A DNA stretch of 62,428 bases, counting the filler, from Bipalium vagum (Eukaryota): NCBI GenBank assembly GCA_037834085.1. It is 3 parts of 3 records of this genome, joined end to end, with 100 filler letters (N's around TTAATTAATTAA, not from the genome) between each part and the next. Parts side by side here need not be neighbours in the genome. Positions count along the whole stretch, not along the records: positions 21,934 to 44,634 come from JBBMKC010218019.1; positions 44,735 to 62,428 come from JBBMKC010055416.1; 1 more part is not named here. One strand, written 5' to 3'. The translations under genes and the position numbers were made by a program. Under the pieces are notes generated by a model. That model was not told the DNA's origin, did not search any database, and saw nothing but the letters and a program-made list of their open reading frames with translations. Position 1 is the first letter of the stretch, and every line of letters starts with the position of its first letter. Shown here piece by piece: positions 40,001-48,481 of the stretch.

Positions 40001-43000
40001 TAAAATAACTTTAACAAGTTGATGCAGTGAAAATCAGAGTTAGTGTTTATGTTCAATTGATATCATTGAAATATTAGAAATAAATGGTGCTATATATAAA
40101 ATTTGATATAAATATAAAGTGCATATATATTAGGAGGATCCATTAATTCTGGTCTAAAATTGAAAGACGCAATAACGTTAGTTATATTTTTAATGAGGGC
40201 AAAATAACTATTTCAATATCTAATATTTATAATGATTTAGAAATGCTATTTGTTTAAATGAACACTAGAAGGCTCAGTAAATGAGTCGGCAAAAGTTAAA
40301 TTTCAGACATGTACTAATGTTTTTATTCGATCAGTAGCGGAAATCAGTAGCAGGAACTCATCAAAATGCTCGAGAAAACATTAGATGATGAGACTCACTC
40401 GTTGTCAAACGGATATTCTAGTTTACCAGAATATTTAAATCAGGCCACTTTGATTTGAATCATAAAGAAAAATCAAGTTGACTCAAAAAGTTTGAAAATA
40501 GTAAATTGCAGGATTTTTTGAATGACATTCCTACTTAAAACAGTGAAGCAGTTGGTTATGACACTAAAAACAAGCTTTCATACGGTTACATCAGATAAAA
40601 AAAGTTTAAAAGAAAGGAAAATGTGCCCCTCGTAATTTGAGTGAAAGTGCTTCAGAGTAATCGTTTAAGAATAGCCACATCTATACTTACAAGGCAGAGA
40701 AAAGAGCTTTTTATTTCCATAACCCTAAGCAAAAGAAATCATGGTTTGATCCAGGACAGATATCAACAACTACCTCAAGTGCAATTATTATGATACGAAA
40801 GTTATGAGTTTTATTTGATGAGATTAGGAAGGTTTCATAAACTTTTGAAATCGAAGGAAACAATTGCGGAGAAATAATATCAACATCAACGTAAAAGATA
40901 AAATGATGAATTGATTAAAGCAAGACATACAACAGTCATTCTTTTCCATGACAATGTAAGACCACATCTTTCCTTCAACACTTTCAGCAAGGAGAAATCC
41001 TACTCATACACAACGCACTCTTCAACAGATTTTCATTTATTCAAGTCAATGGCACATAATTTGCAAGAAAATGTTAAAAATATCATGTTAGAATTTATTC
41101 TAAAGACAAATCATCTTATCTTCGCTGAAAATATATACTTACTCCAATAATTATCCGTAACCGTAATTATGTTGCAAATAGTAAAAAAAATGTAAAGAAA
41201 AAATTATTAGAATAGTTTTAAAAGGCTATTGTTTCTAAGTATAATAGTCAGTAGGAGGATGAAAATAGTTTGTTTTACAAATATAAGCATAATTATTTTA
41301 AAAGTTTGAAAATAAGTACACAAGAAATTTCCGTACGAATATGTGTATGTTAAACAGACAAACAATTAGTAACAAAATTTTGTTCTTAATAATTATTTGA
41401 CCAACCCTTATTCTTTATGATCATGTCACAGGACTTATTCATAGAACTGATCACATTATTATTATTATACAAAATTATTATTACACAAAAATCTGGAGTA
41501 ATGTTTTGCCATTCCTCCAAGATACACCTTTTCAGCATGATTTTCCCAGTAATTTGACTCTCCTTCAGTTTTCTCTTCAATAGAGCCCATAAATTTTCAA
41601 TTGGGTTCATATCAGGTGATTGTCCAATCCATTTCATGACATTTCATGGCAGATTCCAAAAAATATCTTTTAAAATTTTTAAATAATCTTCCTTATAAAT
41701 TATTCCATCGATAAAAACTAAATTTCCAGCTCCGCAACTTGAAAAAAATCCCCAGACTATAACCGATCCATTACCATGCTTCACCACCGGACTAAGGAAT
41801 TCTAATTTCATTTCTTCTCCCGGTTTTCGTCAAACATAAACCATAAAACGTTATTTTAACATTCGTCAGACCAAAGGACTTTATTCCAGTCGGTTGAATG
41901 GTTTAGAAGTTCTTTAACCCATGTAACACGGGCTTTCCGATTATTCTTTGAGATTAATCGTTTTTTCGTGCCATCCTCCCATGAAACTCTACCTCTGATA
42001 AACGATTTTTTACAGTTGACGGGGAAAACGACAAGTCATTGTCTTTTTTAATTTCTATGTTTACTTTTTCAACTGATATCCTCCGAATTTTTCATAATTC
42101 TTTGAATTATTTTATCTTCTTTGATTGTTGTTAGTCTTGGTCTTCCTTGCCCAGTGCTAGTTTTTACGCTGCTATCAAGAGAAAACATTTCCAAAATATA
42201 CTGGACGCTAGATTTTGGACATTTAAGAATTTCTGATATTTGGCTAAGACGAAGTTTTTCTTTTCTATAACGAGATTTTGGATGTTTGTAGAGTATTCTT
42301 TTGTCTTTGAACCCATTTAAATAATCAATTCGGAAATAGATTTAGAAATCTTATGAAAATTTTGTAAAACTATATAAATTAAAAATCTCCAACTTTTATT
42401 TAAACAAATAAAACATTTAAACAATAATTTTTTCAAGATTAACATAAATATAATGCTCTTTCCTTAAAAAGATAAGGTCGTACGGATAATTATTGTATAT
42501 TAATTAGTAGGAAAAAAATTCTAATTTAGAAAATTTAGAAATTTTCATTATTAAAAATCTATATCAACCTTTATAAATAAACACATTAATAATGATAACA
42601 TTATAAACGCCGAAATTTCTTTTAATATCCGTCGATTTTCTTTAAAAATTTTATATTTCAAACATTTATTGTATAATCGTGCGGATAATTATTGGAGTAA
42701 GTGTATGCTGCCAGACTTTTAGGAGAAATTCATAATTAACAATGAAAAATACTTTTATTGATTTTAATGTGTCTGTTTACCATAAAATAATTATTAAAAA
42801 TCCTAAAAATCAATGCACTCACATAATATAATAACAATTCAATGAAAAGTATTTAATATGCAATATTTATATAAGGAGTTCCTTTCATACCACGAGAATT
42901 TTTAATTTTCAAATCAAAATTGAGGACTGGTTCTAAAAATATTTAAGAGAAAAATTAAAAAAATAAATTTTAAAAATTTTTGGCATAAATTAAAATAATG

Positions 43001-44588
43001 AAGGGGCTGAAAATGAAATAAATTTTATAAAAAAGAATTATTTGGTAACTCTGGTAAAATATATGTTATTACCAGTTTTCCTTATATTTTGTTTTATAAT
43101 TAAAAAGAAATAATCAAATAAAAAAATAATAATATAACCTTGACTCAAGAGGAACAGCCTCCTGGTCGTCGGCATTGGTCTCCAAGTCATATTTCTGGTA
43201 TGCATCTAAGGCAAGGGCTATCACATCTGCAGCTCCACTGGATCCCTAATTAACAAAGATGATAATAATTCTAATTGCGAAATTTCTCCTTACTTGGCAA
43301 GCGACAACTGGACATTTATTCTCAATAATGGAATGAAAAACCTGATTCAACGTCAAAATATCCCCTCCGACTATCAGTCCACAAATCGGAACTCTAATTT
43401 CATTTGGAGCTTCATAATTTGATGAATGAGGCTTCCATACAGAGATTGCATGCTCGAGTTGAGTTCTGAAATGTACATCATAATGGGAATCGTCTGACAT
43501 GGGCGACTTGTCATAAAGGAAGAAATATGAATGATTTGGATCAAGAGACTTATCTTTATTTTTCTCTTTATTGTTTCCATCCTCATGATTTTCAGTTTCC
43601 TCCTCTGATTGATAAATAGCTGTAAGAGTTCCCTGATTATTCAAATAAAGTCAATTTAAAGTGGAAATTATAATAATAATAATTATTACTACTATTATTA
43701 CTATGAAGAATTCTCTTGAAACCTTAGGTAAAATGAAAATACAATTATTTTATCGATTTTGAATGTAAAGTCAAATTAAAGAAATTTTCAACCAATGAAA
43801 ATTTGATAAAATTATTATAATTAAATATTATTTCTAAATTACGGAAAATGTTTCGTTTATCTTTATAATTTCGATGAAAGATGTCACGATTAAATATTTT
43901 TCGAAAGGTCTATAAAAAGATGAATATATATCTTAATTATAAATATAAATAAATGTGTATTTATTTTATTTATTTATTTATTTAGATACATATCTGACTT
44001 TACCCCGAAAACACAGTGGTTGATTAATGATTTGATTACTACTTCAGCTTAGCTAATAAATCTTTACGACCATCTCAGTTTCACTGGAGGGAAAATAAAA
44101 GAATATTTATATTTATTACATCTGGGTCGTTGTTCCTTCAGAAAGGTTTTTATTATTTATATTTACGGAGAATAAAAAATATAATATTTCTATCCAGGAA
44201 TTTTCACTACAAATAAAGTCTATTAGGTTCTTGCTAATGATCTAACTCTACGTGACGATATGAAACTATTTCTGTAACATAATACATATGAATAATAATA
44301 ATAATAATATTGTCAAATTAAAAATTAAAAATTGGTCCAAAAAGTTCGTCTAAGATCAAAGACCTGATTGGAAATTATAAAAATATTTGTAGAATAACCA
44401 CAAACGAATGAAACATTCCACCTGATTCAAAGCGTTTTCTAGGATATCTATTTTGGCAACGCCATTCCATGGAGCGACGCCAATAGCAATCATCTTGTTT
44501 CCTCCATAAGCATCGGTGTAGTCTCGAACTGCATCCCCAGCCAGCTTCATTATTCCTATATTCAACCCTTCGGTAATGATCCAACATC
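27601..44588 (-). CDS. TRPM: TRPM-family cation channel, partial spliced CDS (six exons, MHR1/2 to start of MHR4)
   Basis: Exons 44422-44588, 43294-43632, 43139-43245, 39079-39257, 32076-32191 and 27601-27750 are all bounded by AG/GT and join in frame (intron phases 0,0,2,1,0). TRPM motifs appear in the expected order. Start and TM/C-terminal exons were not found. Confidence 0.93.
28780..29170 (+). mobile_element. Decayed mariner relic
   Basis: MHNNAGPH at ~29108-29131 (HDNARPH-like). Degenerate upstream. Confidence 0.4.
30750..31851 (+). mobile_element. Near full-length decayed mariner (DD34D)
   Basis: YRHLMLF..KAAQAAREI, ILHELSE, IVTGDEKW, LQHENARQH, HSP*SPDLALSDFHLF. Right-end TIR-like AACTTATGCTTCAACATAATA. 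Confidence 0.92.
32076..32191 (-). CDS. TRPM: TRPM exon (MHR3/4 junction)
   Basis: ttttcag|(A)GSDIGQNQLNLEQLEITLTLNRPDIAKEKIFLENKKWK|gtttcg. Matches the TRPM pattern 'QL.LAL.WNRVDIA...IF.....W'. 116 nt. Confidence 0.92.
32340..32650 (-). mobile_element. mariner N-terminal relic
   Basis: ORF 32360-32647 contains CKNWFERVRSEYVSIEVDAGSGSLTVVDNSEL, resembling the mariner 'WF.RFR.G..SLED..RSGRP..VD' HTH linker. Confidence 0.55.
33790..34070. repeat. AT-rich tandem low-complexity tract (AAAATAAT units and (AAT)n)
   Basis: Repeated AAAATAAT octamers at ~33800-33915 and (AAT)n at ~34010-34045. Confidence 0.85.
35990..36721 (+). mobile_element. mariner 3' two-thirds, decayed
   Basis: IITGDEKWVYFDN, KSWVGPGEPSKSTAKPNIH, LLHYNVRP, SDYHLF. 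Right end TTCTACACCTAATA. Confidence 0.92.
36760..37590 (-). mobile_element. Decayed mariner, tail-to-tail with the preceding element
   Basis: ORF 36790-37023 contains ICWDYQGIIYFELFP..IIQHDNVRS. WILHCLSE (WVPH-equivalent) at ~37180-37202. Confidence 0.85.
37259..37342. repeat. Short degenerate tandem array (~5 copies of a 16-19 bp unit) inside the mariner
   Basis: AGAAACTTTA(TA)(C/AA)GTT unit repeated about five times. Confidence 0.75.
39079..39257 (-). CDS. TRPM: TRPM exon (MHR3)
   Basis: cattcag|(R)LESIIRECLHKINPEIKEFKKESLQLKEIVTNLSYLISVFDMEEDWDLDGYIISSLLSS|gttagt. Matches the TRPM pattern 'LITVF.......DID.AIL.ALL'. Phase 2 start fits the previous exon. 179 nt. Confidence 0.9.
40280..42826 (+). 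mobile_element. Decayed mariner split near its C-terminus by a Tc1 insertion
   Basis: VILFHDNVRPH and STDFHLFKSM lie before 41135. The C-terminal MLPDF*EKFIINNEKYF resumes at ~42705, followed by a TIR-like ...CACATAATA at ~42826. Confidence 0.82.
41136..42703 (-). mobile_element. Tc1-family transposon, IR-DR type, 1568 bp, internally deleted
   Basis: Termini (C/T)ACTTACTCCAATAATTATCCG at both ends, with TA at 41134-35 and 42704-05. Inner copies of the CAATAATTATCCGTACGA-like site at ~41320-41338 and ~42479-42497. Transposase motifs VLWSDE, VKHGNGSVIVWG, WIGQSPDMNPIENLW. The FQQDN segment is missing. Confidence 0.93.
43139..43245 (-). CDS. TRPM: TRPM exon (end of MHR1/2)
   Basis: attag|GSSGAADVIALALDAYQKYDLETNADDQEAVPLES(R)|gttata. 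Matches the TRPM 'GSGRAAD.IA' motif. Follows a 48-nt intron. Confidence 0.9.
43294..43632 (-). CDS. TRPM: TRPM exon (MHR1/2, SLOG-like)
   Basis: cag|GTLTAIY...LDPNHSYFFLYD...FRTQLEHAIS...VPICGLIVGG...CPVVACQ|gtaagg. Matches TRPM 'LD.NHSHFILVD', 'R..LE..I' and 'VP.V.L.V.GG'. 339 nt. Confidence 0.95.
44422..44588 (-). CDS. TRPM: TRPM exon (MHR1/2), most 5' exon visible
   Basis: ttttcag|(G)CWIITEGLNIGIMKLAGDAVRDYTDAYGGNKMIAIGVAPWNGVAKIDILENALNQ|gtggaa. Matches the TRPM pattern 'GAWIITGG...GVMK.VG.AVRD...AIGIAPWG'. It starts mid-codon, so upstream exons are required. Confidence 0.95.
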
Positions 44589-44634
44589 CTGAAAATAAGT
44601 AAGCAAAAGATTAAAATATTATTAAAAATATAAA

Positions 44635-44734
44635 NNNNNNNNNNNNNNNNNNNNNNNNNNNNNNNNNNNNNNNNNNNNTTAATTAATTAANNNNNNNNNN
44701 NNNNNNNNNNNNNNNNNNNNNNNNNNNNNNNNNN
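44635..44734. other. Artificial scaffold linker 44N-TTAATTAATTAA-44N
   Basis: Same 100-bp structure as 21834-21933. Confidence 0.95.
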
Positions 44735-45248
44735 ATAATAATGGGTAATAGAACAAAATATGAAAATAGTTAGAGACAATAATAATAATAATTTATTTAA
44801 ATAAGTTTTATGGAATCTTTCATTAATCATGTCATAAAGTACTAAACTTCAGTCCTAAATTTATACCAATAACAATAAAACTAAACACATTTTTTATCGT
44901 TTAAGAGATATTATATAATTAAAAGTAATTAATTAATTAATAATTGATCAATGATAAATTAATATTATTTACGAATTCTTTTGTTTAGAAATAATTATCA
45001 ATTATTGTTTTAGTTTTAATCAATAATTCATTAAATTGATAATATCATTAATGTGACAAATGATAATAATAATAACAATGATAATAAAAAATCTTCAATC
45101 AATAAATGGTCTGAACAATATTTGTTATCATTCTCCAACCATAGCTCATTGAGGGAAACCTCGAAAAAATGTGCATAACATAATAATAATCCAGTAGATC
45201 GTTAACATACATGCTCTCGTTGACATTGGCAATTCAATCGTTAGTGAC

Positions 45249-45262
45249 ATTTCCATGGCAAC
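45249..45262. promoter_or_regulatory. Candidate RFX X-box
   Basis: ATTTCCATGGCAAC matches the palindrome GTTGCCATGGCAAC at 12/14 positions and fits RTHNYY-WT-RRNRAC. It ends 213 bp upstream of the ATG at 45475. Confidence 0.45.
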
Positions 45263-45348
45263 TGGGCCACATTTCTCTGTATTGTTATGAAATATTAATA
45301 GGAAATGGGCAGAGAAAATCGTGCTTGTTTCGTGTCCTGTTTCCATCA

Positions 45349-45371
45349 ATTGGTTGATTTGTTCAACCAAT
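45349..45371. promoter_or_regulatory. Inverted pair of CCAAT boxes
   Basis: ATTGGTTGA-tttgt-TCAACCAAT is a perfect 9-bp inverted repeat containing ATTGG/CCAAT, about 105-125 bp upstream of the ATG. Confidence 0.35.
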
Positions 45372-45474
45372 CGGCTTCCAGCTATTTTATGACATCAAGA
45401 CAAATGGCTTTTCGTGTTCATTTTGTCCAGTCTACCAGTTATCGTTATCATTTCATCGTTTTTATTTTGTTATC

Positions 45475-45727
45475 ATGAAAACGCAAAACCATTTTGCTCT
45501 CGGCAAAAAACGTTTTCTCGCCGTTTTCGGTTCGATTTTCGCGGCAGTCGGATTATTAATGCTGATAATTTCAATGATGACAGATTATTGGATTGTTACT
45601 TATGAACGGATGTCTGTGATGAATGTCACGAACGTAATTGCTCAAAATTCCGGTCTTTGGCGCAAATGCTGGCAATCTCATGAACTTTTGGGTGTTACGA
45701 AGTTGACGTCGTGGAGCGATAGTATGA
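45475..45727 (+). CDS. First coding exon of a PMP22/claudin/CACNG (stargazin-like) tetraspan membrane protein
   Basis: MKTQNHFALGKKR, then TM1 FLAVFGSIFAAVGLLMLIISMM, then TDYW..(NVT sequon)..NSGLWRKC. This is the W-x-GLW-xx-C signature of the family's first extracellular loop. Phase-1 donors at 45722 (gtatga) or 45728 (gtaaga). Later exons were not identified. Confidence 0.85.
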
Positions 45728-47188
45728 GTAAGATTTGATTTTCAATTTACCATGGTTGATTAAATTTTCAGGGTATGTTACAAACGAGATTAAGATTGAC
45801 TTAGGGAAATAATTTCATTATTTTTAATATTTTTATTAAAAATGTAATTTTTAAGAATATCATGAAAACTAACAAAATTAATATATTAATTAAAATTTTA
45901 ATTATATATAAATTTAAGGCCGTCATTAAAAATTTGTTTTATATTAAAATTTTTTCGGTCTATTTAAAGTTTAAAAAGGTAAGTAAATTAAAAAAATTCT
46001 TAATTGACATTTTCTGAAAAACTAAGAATAATCAATTTTAAATATTAAATATTGGAAATATATAATATCAAAAGCGATCAATATATTTCGGTATTGAAAT
46101 AAAAATTATTATCAATTGTTCATTACCGATATAAATGATGACAATAAAAATATTTTTGAGAACACTAACGTATTTTAAAAACAAAAATGATTTTCAGCTT
46201 AATTTCAAAATTAAATTATACTATTTGTTTTATTAAAATATTGTTTGACCTATCGCGTATGTATTCTCATTACGGTTGATTTTTATGCATCATATTACTA
46301 TAATACAATAAATCTTTGACCGTAGCATATTCGGATTCCACCTTTCCCATTTTGACTAGCAACCTTTCATAATTCAGTAATAAAAAATTTTAATCCTCCG
46401 AAAAATTTTAAATTTCTAAATTCAAAAGATGAGCAATAAAATAAACAAAATTAATAATTTCTTAAATCCACTTTTTTATCGCACGGAGTCAGTACATCTT
46501 TTTGAAATCATACATTTGATGACCCAGCTTTTCATTCGAAAATATTGATAAAATATTTCTTGATTTACTTCAAAGATCAACTACTGAGTATTGGGTGGGA
46601 GTTCTCCGGATTCTCTCTTGTTAGAAAATAAAGCTTGATTCAATATTCAACTCATATTTTAAGTGATTTTGCAGAATTAAAATCAAGATAATTGAAAACA
46701 AAAGTTTAGACAAAACTATTGATTTACAATTAAATTTGGACGGAAACTAAACATTATGAGGAAATTAAAATTTTTTATAGGTAGGATTCTAAGAAAATTT
46801 TTATTATTTCAAATACAGTATAAAAGTAGCTTGCAAGAATTCCAATTTACTGTTAAATTTGTTCAAATAGAAGAATTTTTTATTAACTTTTAATAGACTA
46901 ATTTAATTTTTATCCAATTTTTGTTTAAATTAATAATGTTTAAGGATTTTGAAAGAGGTCAACAAAAGATGTCAATCTTTTATAAAGATCAAATTACAAT
47001 ATATAGCGATTGCGGAAGAGAAATTACAGCGGAAATAATGAAATGAAAACCCACAATCAACTGGCATTAATAAATATGAATCTGGAAATGGAGGTCAAAG
47101 TAAACTACGAATGTAAATAAACAAAATGTTGTAAATTTAGACAAAAGATTTGAGCACAATTTTATCAAATTGAATAAAAATTTTAATA

Positions 47189-48481
47189 CAGGCTTTTCCA
47201 AAAGAGCTTCACTACTTTAAGTCGCTCTTTCTCCATAACATGAAAATTAAAAAGCCAAGTAATTTTATTTATACCTTTACTTAAACACAGATATTACAAA
47301 AATTTATATTTTAAATATGATGTCATTAAAATGACCGCCTCTGGCAGCCTTACAAGTTTGGGCTATTTTTTGGAAATTTGCTTAACTTTTTGGCATAAGT
47401 CAATTGAGATCATAGCGATTGGTTCCGAAATGTTGTCTTTGAGTTGTGTAATAGTTTTTGGTTGATTAATACAAGCTTTATCTTTTAGATATACCCATAA
47501 GAAATGGCCTGGAGTCGTCAAATCGGAAGATCTGGGAGGCCAATCAACATCACCGAAATATGATATCACGCCAGATGGAAAAGATGCAATTGTTTTCCTA
47601 TATGTATGGGATATGGCACCATCTTGCTGAAAGTAAATATTCTCCACATTAAAACCATTAAGATAAGGTTTAAGGAATGTTTCTATTATGTGTCGATATC
47701 TCTCTCCCCTTACTGTAACTGTTTTACTTGCAGCATTTTCGAAAAAGTATGGACCAATTATACCTCTTACCCATATTCCACACCATTCAGTAACTTTTGG
47801 CGAATGTAATGTTTTTTCCTTCAAAACATATGGTTGCTTTGTTGCCAAAATTCGACAAGTTTTTTTTATTAAAAACACCTATACTCAAGTGAAAATGACT
47901 TTCAAGGGTAATAATGATTTTTTCCAAAAATGAGGATCCGCAGTTGATCTTTCTAACAACCAATTACAATAATTCAGGCGACTTTAATGGTCTGATTCTT
48001 TAAGCTTCTGGTAAGCTTATAGACTTTCATATGCAAGTCTTCATGCATTATCCGCGACAAACTGGATTTTTAGAGGTTTAATTCCTGTGCTCTATGACTG
48101 ATTGAGGTGTATTTATTGTCTTCAATGCTTTCTCGTGTATTTGTAATATTTCAGGTATACGTGCAGATCGAGGTCGTCCAGATTTTGGTCTAACTGCTAT
48201 CGAGCCAAATGCTTCAAAAGCATTAACCAGACTGTAAATTGTTGGTTTTAATGGACATTTTCTTTCCCAAATTTTGCATTTAATTTTTCAACGGTTACTG
48301 AATTTGAACTACCGCTTTGATAAAATATTTTGACAATTTCTGCCCGTTGTTACATATTATAACGATCCATATTTAATTTTCAAATGTTTAGCTAGAATAA
48401 TGTTAAATATTAATTTATTTAAAGAAAACTACTTAGTATTTAATATGTTAAAAGTAGTAAAGCGTCTTTTGGAAGACCCTG
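47189..48481 (-). mobile_element. rosa/DD41D-like Tc1/mariner-superfamily element, near full length, decayed
   Basis: Imperfect ~30-bp TIRs CAGG(C/G)T(T/C)TTCCAAAAGA..GCTT(C/T)ACTACTTT, with TA on the left. ORF 47363-47878 contains LHSPKVTEWCGI, IIGPYFFE, YFQQDGA, WPPRSSDLT..FLWVYLK. Confidence 0.88.

Noticed and set aside
45146-45370. 74-aa minus-strand ORF as a possible TRPM N-terminus
   Set aside because: No TRPM similarity, it ends in a stop, and it overlaps the putative promoter motifs.
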